In this document: piece after piece, positions 14,606 to 27,715 of the stretch
How positions within the stretch are numbered: the stretch's first letter is position 1
Layout of the letters: the number at the start of each line of letters is the position of its first letter
Assembly: GCA_038087875.1 (NCBI GenBank)
Contig: JAXLNO010000385.1
Coordinates: 372,001-436,000, forward strand
From: Malacoraja senta
Taxonomy: Eukaryota
Direction: 5' to 3'
DNA: 64,000 nt
Position numbers and translations under genes: made by a program
The notes under the pieces: model-generated
Told to the model about the DNA's origin: nothing
Databases searched by the model: none
The model's input: the letters and a program-made list of their open reading frames with translations, nothing else

Positions 14606-15078
14606 TGCCCCTGTCCCACTTAGGAAACCTGAACGGAAACCTCTGGAGACTTTGCGCCCCACCCAAGGTTTCCGTGCGGTTCCCGGAGGCTTTTATCCGT
14701 CTCCCTAGTGGTCGAAAGTGGTTTCCGCTTCTTCTGTGTTCCGGCGATTATTTCAAAAAATTCAAAACCGGCCGCGAGTAAAAATAGGTTGCCGTTTTAA
14801 AAATCGGTAATTTTTTAGTCGAAGCCGGTTGCGATGCTAGTTGAAGGTGGTTGCCGGAGGTTGCAGGTGGTTGCCGGAGGTTGCAGGTAGTGGAAGGTAA
14901 GATCTTCCACTACCTGCAACCTCCGGCAACCACCTTCAACCGGAACATAGAAGAAGGGGAAACCATTTTCGACCATTAGGGAGACTGACAAAAACCTCCG
15001 GGAACCGCACGGAAACCTTGGGTGGGTCGCAAAGTCTCCAGAGGTTTCCGTTCAGGTTTCCTAAGTGGGACATGGGCA
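14606..15078. mobile_element. Harbinger-like MITE, 473 bp, with ~135-bp terminal inverted repeats
   Basis: tgcccctgtcccacttaggaaacctgaacgg... pairs with ...ccgttcaggtttcctaagtgggacatgggca. The flanks are aaa and taa, an imperfect TAA-type target duplication. Confidence 0.85.
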
Positions 15079-15383
15079 TAAGTTTCCATCTTATATTGGT
15101 AAGAAGAACGACTATTTTGTAAACTAGATTAGATTTGACTATTAGCTCTTTCATTCCCTCCTTTTTATCATACATGATAACATTCACAGTCCTCGATAGG
15201 TACACAATGCTCGCAAGAATTTAATGATAAAGATTAGAGCAATGATTAACAGAAATATAGAGCCATAATGTATCACAGTACCCCAAAGTCCATCAAACCA
15301 AAGGTATAGTCACCAGTTCAATAGTACCTCAAAGTCCATCGAACCAACGGACATGGCAACCAGTTCTCATTCTCTTCATTGAC

Positions 15384-16090
15384 CTGATGAAGCTTGTTTC
15401 GGTTGAAGGATCAGGTGCCACCTGTCGGTGTAATCCTTTCAGCCGATATTCATGGGGTTGTGCCATAAAGTTTGCACCTGTCCGAGGGTATTGCCAGTCT
15501 CTTCGGAGAGCATTGCTCCCCATCTCGGCCCTCGGTAGGGTTCACCACCTTGAGCGAGATGCCAGCATACCCATGGGCTTTGGGCAGCTTCTACTCCCAG
15601 TAAGTTTGGGTGACCTGCTTCCGCATCACCACCTAGAAGCAGCTGCTGGACTGGAACCCAAAGACAAAGCCAGCGTAGATTGCAGTCTGAGTTGATGTAG
15701 AAGGTGCCACTGAATTTGATGGCGTTTAACCACGAATCCGACAGCAAGGCCAGGGTCAGAGTTGGCGGTCTGCAGCCACTCCCTGCCCTTGTTGCGCACA
15801 ACCCAGTTAGGATCGATCTGCATCTTCCCCGTTGGAACTTCCTCAGGTCAGTCTCGCTGATGGCGCTGTTCTCAGGGAACATGTCATAGATATCTGGGAT
15901 GTTGTCGTTCTCAAAGTCGTGTCTCCTCTGCCGTCACCATCGGCATCGATCTGGCCAGGGTTGGGAATAAACGGCAATTGTCCTTCTCATCAGAAACGCC
16001 ATTGTTGCCATCCTCATCAATCTCCTGATTGTTATCACACTGATTACCCACCAGGTCTGAGTCATTGCCTTCCTGGTCAGGGTCGTGCAT
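15384..16090 (-). pseudogene. THBS2: Intronless thrombospondin (THBS2-like) fragment: type-3 repeats plus C-terminal domain, disrupted
   Basis: [72 protein letters not shown] and TGNTLGQVQTLWH appear in the correct order, with stops, frameshifts and deletions. The symbol names the most similar paralogue, by recall. Confidence 0.85.
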
Positions 16091-16200
16091 TATATCTCTC
16101 AGGAGGTCCAACTGTTCCAAATGTTCAGCTTCTCTCTCTCTAGGTCACCCGATAGAGCTCGAAATGCTTCAAAATTGTTGATCAAATGTGGTTCGTCTTC

Positions 16201-16578
16201 ATAGAAACATAGAAAATAGGTGCTGGAGTAGGCCATTCGGCCCTTCGAGCCTGCACCGCCATTCAATATGATCATGGCTGATCATCCAACTCAGTATCCT
16301 GTACCTGCCTTCTCTCCATACCCCCTGATCCCTTTAGCCACAAGGGCCACATCTAACTCCCTCTTAAATATAGCCAATGAACTGGCCTCAACTACATTCT
16401 GTGGCAGAGAATTCCAGAGATTCACCACTCTCTGTGTGAAAAATGTTTTTCTCATCTCAGTCCTAAAAGATTTCCCCTTTATCCTTAAACTGTGACCCCT
16501 TGTTCTGGACTTCCCCAACATCGGGAACAATCTTCCTGCATCTAGCCTGTCCAACCCCTCAAGAATTTTGTACGTTTC
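16201..16578 (-). mobile_element. CR1 3' fragment abutting the L1 5' end (mirror at 25255-25632)
   Basis: Encodes LDRLDAGRLFPMLGKSRTRGH...FTQRVVNLWNSLP, followed by the CR1 3' UTR. Confidence 0.88.
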
Positions 16579-17712
16579 GACCCACCGGTGGCGTCATGTT
16601 GGACTAACAGACGTGCACCCAGCTCCACTCCCGAAAAACTTCACGATTTATCGTGTAAAACGGGTCCGAAAATCGGGATTGTTTTTAAAAACCTTACCGG
16701 AGCTTCTGGTTACCGCGCTGATGACGTCATCGTTAAACGCGATGTTTTAAACGGTGGTTTGAAGCCCTTTAAATGAGTAAATTGCCTCCAGCTGTGAGCC
16801 CTCAGAGAACAGTGAATAAGCTGTCGAAAAAGTTTGAAGCAGAAGTTACCTCTGAAGTCTCTGAAGTGGCTGCAGAAATGGATACAAGATCTAAGAAAGA
16901 CTTTGATGAAGAAATCAATGAAAAATTTGAAAGATGAGATCTCGGATAATAGGGTGGAAGATAAGAAGGAAATGAAGGAAAATTCGGCAAAAATGATGGA
17001 AGGAATGGAGAAGATGATGAAGGATTTAAATGCTGGTAACCAGAAGAATATGACGGATTTACTGGACATTATGAATAAACGAATTGATGAGGTGAAAGAT
17101 GGACTATCAGAGAAAATGGATAAGATGGATGTAATTACTACGGATAAGTTCACGGCTGTACTTGAAACAGTAGCTGCAAGTATGCAGACAATTACGGAAT
17201 TGGAGAAAAATACGGCTCGACTGGTTGAAGACATGGCGAAATTGAGGCAAGAACATGAGCAAATGAGGCGAGAAAACGAACAAGCGTCACTACAAATGGG
17301 GACTCAATTAGAGAAAGTCTCAGTCAAATGCCTGGACCTGGAAGCTCGCTCTAGACGCCAGAATTTGAGAATTCTTGGTGTTTCAGAGGGGGCAGAAGGG
17401 GAACAGGTACGTGAATTTGCCATGGGCTTGTTGAAACAACTGTTGAATCTTTCCAAGGAACCGAAAATCGAAGTGGCTCATCGTGTCCCAAGATTTGGAA
17501 AAAGATCTGGTGCGGGAAAAGCTTATCCACGATATATTATAGTGAAATTTCGAGATACTGCAGAACTGGAATATGTTATGAGTAAAATCAAATATGGTGT
17601 ACAATTGCGGCTGGACAAGGACACTATTAAGATATTCAGGGACTACCCGTATGAAATTGTGCAAAAAAGAAACAAATTTGATAAGGTTAAAGATCTTTTA
17701 AGAGGGAGAGAA
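16579..17712 (+). mobile_element. L1 5' UTR and ORF1, cut by the gap
   Basis: Reverse complement of 24121-25254. Contains a coiled coil and LEARSRRQNLRILGVSEG. Confidence 0.92.
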
Positions 17713-17912
17713 NNNNNNNNNNNNNNNNNNNNNNNNNNNNNNNNNNNNNNNNNNNNNNNNNNNNNNNNNNNNNNNNNNNNNNNNNNNNNNNNNNNNNNNN
17801 NNNNNNNNNNNNNNNNNNNNNNNNNNNNNNNNNNNNNNNNNNNNNNNNNNNNNNNNNNNNNNNNNNNNNNNNNNNNNNNNNNNNNNNNNNNNNNNNNNNN
17901 NNNNNNNNNNNN
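17713..17912. other. Assembly gap (200 N)
   Basis: Run of N with a round length, typical of a scaffolding join of unknown size. Confidence 0.99.
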
Positions 17913-19544
17913 GTCTCACTAGGGCTCTGTACAACTGCAGAAGGACCTCTTTGCTCCTATACTCAACTCCTCTTGTTATGAAGGCCAACAGGCCAAAACT
18001 GCACACAATACTCCAGGTGTGGTCTCACTAGGGCCCTGTACAACTGCAGAAGGACCTCTTTGCTCCTATACTCGACTCCTCTTGTTATAAAGACCCTCAG
18101 GGCCATCCGGGAAGACGAGAGTTTCCTGGACAGGGCCTACAGTGAGGTGGGCGACTCCATTGTCCGAGGAGCAGACAGGAGATTCTGTGGAGGCAGGCGA
18201 GACGCGAGGACGGTCTGTTGACCTCCCTGGTGCCAGGGTTGAGGACGTCACGAGCCGAATTCGGAAAACATCCTCGAGAGAGGGAAGGTGAACAGCCGGC
18301 AGTAGTCGTGCAAGTAGGCAAAAACGTCATCGGGCAAGAAGAGGAAGGAGGTTCTCCAAGCATAGGTTCACCAGATTGATCCCTGGGATGGCGGGACTGT
18401 CATATGAGGAAAGATTGAAAAGACTAGGCTTGTATTCACTGGAGTTTAGAAGGATGAGGGGGGGGTTCCTATACATAGAAAATAGAAACATAGACAATAG
18501 GTGCAGGAGTAGGCGATTCGGCCCTTCGAGCCTGCACCGCCATTCAATATGACCATGGCTGATCATCCAACTCAGTATCCTGTACCTGCCTTCTCTCCAT
18601 ACCTCCTGATCCCTTTAGCCACAAGGGCCACATCTAACTCCCTCTTAAATATAGCCAATGAACTGGCCTCAACGACCTTCTGTGGCAGAGAATTCCACAA
18701 ATTCACCACTCTCTAGCCTGTCCACCCCTGGGTGTCCTTGTACACCGGCCACTGAAAGTTGGCGTGCAGGTACAGCAGGCAGTGAAGAAAGCTAATGGAA
18801 TGTTGGCCTTCATAACAAGAGGATTTCAGTATAGGAGTAAAGAGGTTCTTCTGCAGTTGTATAGGGCTCTGGTGAGACCACATCTGGAGTATTGTGTACA
18901 GTTTTGGTCTCCTAATTTGAGGAAGGACATCTTTGTGATTGAGGCAGTGCAGCGTAGGTTCACGAGATTGATCCCTGGGATGGCGGGATTGTCATATGAG
19001 GAAAGATTGAAAAGACTAGGCTTGTATTCACTGGAGTTTAGAAGGATGAGGGGGGATCTTATAGAAACATATAAAATTATAAAAGGACTGGACAAGCTAG
19101 ATGCAGGAAAAATGTTCCCAATGTTGGGCAAGTCCAACCAGGGGCCACAGTCTTAGAATAAAGGGGAGATCATTTAAGACTGAGGTGAGAAAAATCTTTT
19201 TCACCCAGAGAGTAGTGAATTTATGGAATTCCCTGCTACAGAGGGCAGTGGAGGCCAAATCACTGGATGGATTGAAGAGAGAGTTAGATAGAGCTCTAGA
19301 GGCTAGTGGAGTGAAGGGATATGGGGAGAAGGCAGGCACGGGTTATTGATAGGGGACGATGATCACAATGACGCCATGAACACAATGAATGGCGGTGCTG
19401 GCTCGAAGGCCGAGTGGCCTCCTCTTGCACCTATTTTCTATGTTTCTATGTTTCTAAGTACTTTGGTTCCGTCTTCACTGAGGACACAAACGATTTTCCT
19501 GATGTACTAGTGGCCAGAGGATCTGGGGTGATGGAGGAACTGAA
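17913..19544. mobile_element. Mosaic of short CR1 fragments in alternating orientation, including an ORF1 esterase piece at ~18094-18360 and a 3' end at ~18730-19455
   Basis: Abrupt joins between recognisable CR1 pieces, right next to the gap. Confidence 0.8.
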
Positions 19545-19558
19545 GTGGGACAGGCCCT

Positions 19559-22500
19559 TTATTTATCAGTTATTAACCCATAGTCCATTAATTTCTTTTG
19601 AAACACATTTAGTTCTGGATCATCTTCCGTTATTCCGAAGATAATCCATTCTGCTTTGGGTATCAGCCTTGTTTTAAATAACTTTGTAAAGATTTCAAAA
19701 ATTGCATTCCAAAATTTTTGAATTTTTGTACAGAAGACAAATGAGTGCGCTATAGTTGCTTCTTGGGATTGACATTTATCACAAATAGATGATACGTTTG
19801 GGAAAATTTTATGAATTTTAGTTTTCGAATAATATAATCTATGTAAAATTTTAAATTGTATTAAAGTGTGTCTTACATTAATCGAGCATTTATGCACGTT
19901 TAATAAGTATTCATTCCAACTTTCCTTTGAAATTTTAATAGCTAACTCTTGTTCCCAGTCTCTTCTGATACCCTCCGTAGATGGTATTTGTGCATTTAAG
20001 ATAATATTATACAAATATGATATTAAGTTTGCTGATTCCGCTTTTATCTGCATTGCCTCATCCAATACATCTGCTGGGTTATTATGATGATCTTTTGTAT
20101 ATTTTTTCAAATAGTCGCATATTTGAAAGTATTTAAAATATTGATTATTTCCGAGTTTATATTTTATTTGTAATTGTTGAAATGAAAGTAATTTTCCAGT
20201 TTCATACAAGTCACCAAGCGTTTTAATTCCTAGTCTATCCCATTGTGTATAAGCTTTATCTATAATAGAAGGACTAAACGAAGGGTTATTGACTATAGGT
20301 AATAAAATTGATAAGTTTCTTAATTTTAAATTTTGTTTTATTTGTTTCCAAATACGGATTGTACTATGAATAATTGGGTTCTTATTATAGTTTATGTTAT
20401 TCAATTTCATTGAGAGAGGAGGATCGCTCCAATGTTTCTAGAGGAGCAATCCTCTTTCTCCATTACAATCCAGTCTACTTGCTGGGCGGAGTTATCCATC
20501 AGTTGAATCATGTTTTTAATATTTACTGACCAATAATAATACATAAAATTAGGTAGTGCTAGACCCCCCAATACTTTAGGTTTATTCAGATGGGTTTTTT
20601 GTATTCTATGTGATTTATAGTCCCATATAAAATTAGTGATATCTGAGTCGAGTTTTTTTTTAAACTTCTTAGGTAAATATATAGGAATTGATTGAAATAG
20701 GTATAAAATTTGTGGTAAAAAGATCATTTTTATTGCGTTTATTCGGCCTATTAAAGACATCGGGAGCGTTTTCCAGAATTTAATTAATGTATTCAGTTTA
20801 TTAAGTAGGGGGTCAAAATTTGCCCTGAACATACCTTGATATGTTCTGGTAATTTCGATTCCCAAATATTTAAATTTTTCTGTAGCTATTTTAAAAGGGA
20901 ATTTTAAAAGATGTGTTGAATCTTTCGGTTTTATTGACATAATTTCACTTTTATTCCAATTTATTCTATATCCAGAAAAAGATCCGAAGTCTTCAATTAA
21001 ATTTAATATATTTGGTATAGTGATTTGAGGTTTTGTAATATACAATAATATATCATCCGCATATAAAGATATTTTATTATATGAGTCTTTAGTATTATAT
21101 CCATGAATATCAGGGTGTATTCTAATTTTTTCTGCTAGCGGTTCAATAATGAGAGCAAACAGCTGTGGTGATAATGAGCATCCTTGTCTATTTCCCCTTG
21201 ATAGTTGAAATTTCGAGGATAATATGTTATTAGTAAGTATTCTAGCTGTAGGTTTGTTATATAGTAACTTAATCCATAAAATAAAATTCTCTCCCAGTTG
21301 AAATTTTTGTAATACTTTATCCATATAATTCCATTCTACTTGATCAAATGCTTTTTCAGCATCCAGCGAAATAATTGATAATTCTTGATCTTCAGATTTG
21401 TGTGAGTGCATTATGTTGAGTAGACGTCTCATATTATTAGAAGAGTATCTCTTAGGGATAAACCCTGTCTGATCTGGGTTTATTAATTTACTAATGTATT
21501 TACTTAATCTTCTAGCTAATGTTTTCGCTAATATTTTTTGATCTGTGTTTAACAATGCTATAGCTCTATATGAGCCAGGTTCTTCTAAATCTTTATTTTT
21601 CTTAGGTATTAATGTAATCGTTGATTCCGCTAATGTATCAGGTAGTATTCGTTTTTAAAAGCGTATTGGTACATTTTTTGTAATCTTGGTATTATTTTAT
21701 CATAAAAGCTTTTATAAAATTCATTAGTAAATCCATCAGGGCCTGGTGTTTTTCCATTTTTTAATGAGTTTATTGTATCTTCTAATTCCTTAATTGAGAT
21801 TTGTGCACCCAGTTCCTCTTGTTCCTTCAGCTCTAACTTTGGAAGATTACAGGTATCCAAGAACGTTGTGATATTATTGGAATCAATTATCGTTTTAGAT
21901 GTATACAAATTCTCGTAAAATTGCGCAAATCTTTTATTAATATCCTTCGGTGTTGTTAATAATTCCCCTTTATCTGATTTGATATTTGGTATAGTATGTT
22001 CCTTTTCTCGTTTTTTTAGCTGGCGAGCCAAAAGTTTATGCGGTTTATCCCCAAATTCAAAGTGCTCTTGTTTTGTAATTTGAAAAAGTCTTATAAGTTT
22101 GGCAGATAATAATTTATTTAATTTAAATTTTAAAATTATTATTTTATTATGTTTATCTATTGATGGATCTTTAGCATTATCTATATCCATTTGTCTAATA
22201 AGTTCTTCTAACTGTCTTTGTTCATTCTTATTCTTTTCATTTTGAAAAGCTTGATATGAAATTATAATACCCCTAATGTATGCTTTAAAAGATTCCCAAA
22301 GTAAAGTAGGCGATATATCTGAAGTATCATTTGTTTGAAGAAAGACCTCCATTTGTTCTTTTAAATATATACTCGCTTGTGGATCTTTTAAAATTTGAGA
22401 GTTAAATCTCCAGAATGAATTATTCTTAGACAATCCTTCCAGTTTTAAAAAGAAAGTTAGTGGAGAATGGTCTGAAATTGAATTTGTATGGTATATTGCA

Positions 22501-25254
22501 TTAGATGTTTGGGGGATTAATTTTGTATCCAGCAGAAAGTAGTCTATACGTGAGTATGTCTTATGTACCATTGAGTAAAAAGAATATTCCCTGCCAGTTG
22601 GATTCACAATTCTCCAAACATCTGCTATATTAGTGTTATTTATATAGGTATTGAGGAGTTCCCCAGTTTTCGATTTCATATTCCCTCTCTGTTTTTTGAC
22701 TTGATTTATCTAAGTACGGATCTAAAACACAGTTAAAGTCTCCGCCTATTATAACATTTTGATAGTTTGACTCTGCAATTATATTGAAGATTTTATTGAA
22801 AAAGTGGGGGTTATCAAAGTTAGGGGCATATATATTTACCAAAGTAAGTGGAGTGTCATGGATTTCTCCATTAACTATTAGGTATCTCCCTTCCATATCT
22901 GTTATAATATTCTTTGCTTTAAATGGTATACCTTTTCTTATGATAATTGACGTGCCTCTAGATTTTGAAGTGAATGAAGAGTGGTATGTTTGACCTATCC
23001 ATTTCGCCCTCAGCCTAACTTGGTCCTGAGGTTTTAGGTGTGTTTCTTGTAGGAAGGTAATGTCAGAATTATACATTTTTAGCTGAGCTAATATCTTACC
23101 CCTTTTGATAGGTTCGTTAATACCTCTTATATTCCAACTACAAAATGAGATTCCTCCTAGGTTCTTTTGTGTGGTGTCATGCATTTTGAATAATTATAGT
23201 ACCTTTGAATCTTGTGGTGCGTCCATGTCCCAGGTCTTTAGGTATTGGGGGAGTTTTTGAATTATTAACTTTTGCTGGTATGTCCATATTACTCTTATCA
23301 CTAAACACAAAACACAAACAAGTGATTTTATGTGATAAAAAAAAAACTAAAAAAGTGTGGCTACAGTGTCTGATATAGTCGGCACTGTAGCGAGTGACCC
23401 ACCTGTGGGTGGGAAAAAACCTTGTTTTGACTTCCATTGCGTTGTTACTCAACTAGCTCCGCTCTCTTAGTTAATCATAACATATTAAAATATTAAAACG
23501 AGGCCTCACATTCAGATATATAATACAATTTTACCCTGATATTTCCTTATAACATATATATATATCAGAGTTTAATTATTAAACCAATATTTTTGATTTC
23601 AATAAGAATCAACTGTTGGTTGAAGGGGTTAACGAGACGTGCTCCTGGACATAAGCCAGGAGCTCGTTTCTCATCCCCTCCTCCCGCTTATAGACAAGGT
23701 TACAATTTATTAAAAATTCATATTAGTATGTTAGTTCATTATTTTTTTTGTTTTTTTTGTTAGTATTCTAATCTAACCTGCATAACTTTTAAAGTTGTTA
23801 ATAGGATAAGTTCTTACAATTGGTTATAACATTTTAATCAATAAGCAATTATTTTCTGATTCATATTCCAGCTGTAAAGTTGTTTACACGTTTTGAACAG
23901 AAAATGTCCTTGATTCAACATTCCAGAGATAACAGTGTAACTATCCCCAGACAAAACATAGCTGAGAATTATTCGCATCTACCAAAGCTCCCTTTTATTT
24001 CTGTTTTTCAACGAACGTTTGGGCATATTTGAATGCGTCTTCAGGCTTAACAAATGACTTTTCAAGACCATTAAAGGAAATACGCATTTTCGCGGGATAA
24101 AAACCCCCAAATCTGACCCCTTCTCTCCCTCTTAAAAGATCTTTAACCTTATCAAATTTGTTTCTTTTTTGCACAATTTCATACGGGTAGTCCCTGAATA
24201 TCTTAATAGTGTCCTTGTCCAGCCGCAATTGTACACCATATTTGATTTTACTCATAACATATTCCAGTTCTGCAGTATCTCGAAATTTCACTATAATATA
24301 TCGTGGATAAGCTTTTCCCGCACCAGATCTTTTTCCAAATCTTGGGACACGATGAGCCACTTCGATTTTCGGTTCCTTGGAAAGATTCAACAGTTGTTTC
24401 AACAAGCCCATGGCAAATTCACGTACCTGTTCCCCTTCTGCCCCCTCTGAAACACCAAGAATTCTCAAATTCTGGCGTCTAGAGCGAGCTTCCAGGTCCA
24501 GGCATTTGACTGAGACTTTCTCTAATTGAGTCCCCATTTGTAGTGACGCTTGTTCGTTTTCTCGCCTCATTTGCTCATGTTCTTGCCTCAATTTCGCCAT
24601 GTCTTCAACCAGTCGAGCCGTATTTTTCTCCAATTCCGTAATTGTCTGCATACTTGCAGCTACTGTTTCAAGTACAGCCGTGAACTTATCCGTAGTAATT
24701 ACATCCATCTTATCCATTTTCTCTGATAGTCCATCTTTCACCTCATCAATTCGTTTATTCATAATGTCCAGTAAATCCGTCATATTCTTCTGGTTACCAG
24801 CATTTAAATCCTTCATCATCTTCTCCATTCCTTCCATCATTTTTGCCGAATTTTCCTTCATTTCCTTCTTATCTTCCACCCTATTATCCGAGATCTCATC
24901 TTTCAAATTTTTCATTGATTTCTTCATCAAAGTCTTTCTTAGATCTTGTATCCATTTCTGCAGCCACTTCAGAGACTTCAGAGGTAACTTCTGCTTCAAA
25001 CTTTTTCGACAGCTTATTCACTGTTCTCTGAGGGCTCACAGCTGGAGGCAATTTACTCATTTAAAGGGCTTCAAACCACCGTTTAAAACATCGCGTTTAA
25101 CGATGACGTCATCAGCGCGGTAACCAGAAGCTCCGGTAAGGTTTTTAAAAACAATCCCGATTTTCGGACCCGTTTTACACGATAAATCGTGAAGTTTTTC
25201 GGGAGTGGAGCTGGGTGCACGTCTGTTAGTCCAACATGACGCCACCGGTGGGTC
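19559..25254 (-). mobile_element. Near full-length L1-clade LINE: 5' UTR, ORF1 (24999-23995), ~0.8-kb spacer, ORF2 in four pieces (23184-19559), 3' end missing
   Basis: ORF1 has SRRQNLRILG, AHRV and YPAKMRI. The endonuclease has SWNIRG, LQETH, NIYAPN, GGDFN, SRIDYF and SDHSP. The RT has SLDAEKAFD, RQGCSLSP and YADD. The zinc knuckle is CDKC..H....C. Confidence 0.95.
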
Positions 25255-25742
25255 GAAACGTACAAAATTCTTGAGGGGTTGGACAGGCTAGATGCAGGAA
25301 GATTGTTCCCGATGTTGGGGAAGTCCAGAACAAGGGGTCACAGTTTAAGGATAAAGGGGAAATCTTTTAGGACTGAGATGAGAAAAACATTTTTCACACA
25401 GAGAGTGGTGAATCTCTGGAATTCTCTGCCACAGAATGTAGTTGAGGCCAGTTCATTGGCTATATTTAAGAGGGAGTTAGATGTGGCCCTTGTGGCTAAA
25501 GGGATCAGGGGGTATGGAGAGAAGGCAGGTACAGGATACTGAGTTGGATGATCAGCCATGATCATATTGAATGGCGGTGCAGGCTCGAAGGGCCGAATGG
25601 CCTATTCCAGCACCTATTTTCTATGTTTCTATGAAGACGAACCACATTTGATCAACAATTTTGAAGCATTTCGAGCTCTATCGGGTGACCTAGAGAGAGA
25701 GAAGCTGAACATTTGGAACAGTTGGACCTCCTGAGAGAGATA

Positions 25743-26450
25743 ATGCACGACCCTGACCAGGAAGGCAATGACTCAGACCTGGTGGGTAATCAGTGTGATA
25801 ACAATCAGGAGATTGATGAGGATGGCAACAATGGCGTTTCTGATGAGAAGGACAATTGCCGTTTTGTTCCCAACCCTGGCCAGATCGATGCCGATGGTGA
25901 CGGCAGAGGAGACACGACTTTGAGAACGACAACATCCCAGATATCTATGACATGTTCCCTGAGAACAGCGCCATCAGCGAGACTGACCTGAGGAAGTTCC
26001 AACGGGGAAGATGCAGATCGATCCTAACTGGGTTGTGCGCAACAAGGGCAATGAGTGGGTGCAGACCGCCAACTCTGACCCTGGCCTTGCTGTCGGATTC
26101 GTGGTTAAACGCCATCAAATTCAGTGGCACCTTCTACATCAACTCAGACTGCAATCTACGCTGGCTTTGTCTTTGGGTTCCAGTCCAGCAGCTGCTTCTA
26201 GGTGGTGATGCGGAAGCAGGTCACCCAAACTTACTGGGAGTAGAAGCTGCCCAAAGCCCATGGGTATGCTGGCATCTCGCTCAAGGTGGTGAACCCTACC
26301 GAGTGCCGAGATGGGGAGCAATGCTCTCCGAAGAGACTGGCAATACCCTCGGACAGGTGCAAACTTTATGGCACAACCCCATGAATATCGGCTGAAAGGA
26401 TTACACCGACAGGTGGCACCTGATCCTTCAACCGAAACAAGCTTCATCAG
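25743..26450 (+). pseudogene. THBS2: Mirror THBS2-like intronless pseudogene
   Basis: Same motifs as the left copy, with several substitutions and a 1-bp indel relative to it. Confidence 0.85.
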
Positions 26451-26755
26451 GTCAATGAAGAGAATGAGAACTGGTTGCCATGTCCGTTGGTTCGATGGAC
26501 TTTGAGGTACTATTGAACTGGTGACTATACCTTTGGTTTGATGGACTTTGGGGTACTGTGATACATTATGGCTCTATATTTCTGTTAATCATTGCTCTAA
26601 TCTTTATCATTAAATTCTTGCGAGCATTGTGTACCTATCGAGGACTGTGAATGTTATCATGTATGATAAAAAGGAGGGAATGAAAGAGCTAATAGTCAAA
26701 TCTAATCTAGTTTACAAAATAGTCGTTCTTCTTACCAATATAAGATGGAAACTTA

Positions 26756-27228
26756 TGCCCATGTCCCACTTAGGAAACCTGAACGGAAACCTCTGGAGAC
26801 TTTGCGACCCACCCAAGGTTTCCGTGCGGTTCCCGGAGGTTTTTGTCAGTCTCCCTAATGGTCGAAAATGGTTTCCCCTTCTTCTATGTTCCGGTTGAAG
26901 GTGGTTGCCGGAGGTTGCAGGTAGTGGAAGATCTTACCTTCCACTACCTGCAACCTCCGGCAACCACCTGCAACCTCCGGCAACCACCTTCAACTAGCAT
27001 CGCAACCGGCTTCGACTAAAAAATTACCGATTTTTAAAACGGCAACCTATTTTTACTCGCGGCCGGTTTTGAATTTTTTTAAATAATCGCCGGAACACAG
27101 AAGAAGCGGAAACCACTTTCGACCACTAGGGAGACGGATAAAAGCCTCCGGGAACCGCACGGAAACCTTGGGTGGGGCGCAAAGTCTCCAGAGGTTTCCG
27201 TTCAGGTTTCCTAAGTGGGACAGGGGCA
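26756..27228. mobile_element. Mirror MITE
   Basis: Reverse complement of 14606-15078. Confidence 0.85.
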
Positions 27229-27715
27229 TTTTCTGCAAAGAACGCATGGTCTAATAGAACAAAAAGAATGGCTCGGTGCTAAGTCTGAACGACTGCAAAT
27301 TATATGGAACACAATATGGAGGACAAGTTATCTTTTCAATAAAGACATTAAGATGGAAACCTGCGTAATAACACGTGCTTCTTTCAAGACCATAAAGAAG
27401 CCAAGATTGAAAAAAATAGCTGACGCTGCAGAAATAAGCAATAACTTGTTATTGGATGAGCTTGATTTGGACCAGCTTTTCCTATTTTCTGAAAGGCTCT
27501 CCCCTCCTTCCATCAAGTTGGGAAAAGGGGAAGTACAACGGGATCTGGGGGTCCTTGTACATCAGTCTATGAAAGTAAGCATGCAGGTACAGCAGGCAGT
27601 GAAGAAAGCGAATTGGCCTTTATAACAAGAGGAATCGAATATAGGAGCAAAGAGGTACTTCTGCAGTTGTACAGAGCCCTAGTGAGACCACAACTGGAGT
27701 ATTGTGTACAGTTTT

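Noticed and set aside
14209..15205. ORFs 14209-14619 and 14936-15205 as a gene split by the MITE
   Set aside because: No recognisable domain is present, and parts of both ORFs are MITE or CR1 sequence.
16710..17234. 174-aa Ser/Phe/Ile-rich ORF (mirror at 24599-25123)
   Set aside because: It is the antisense shadow of the L1 ORF1 coiled coil.
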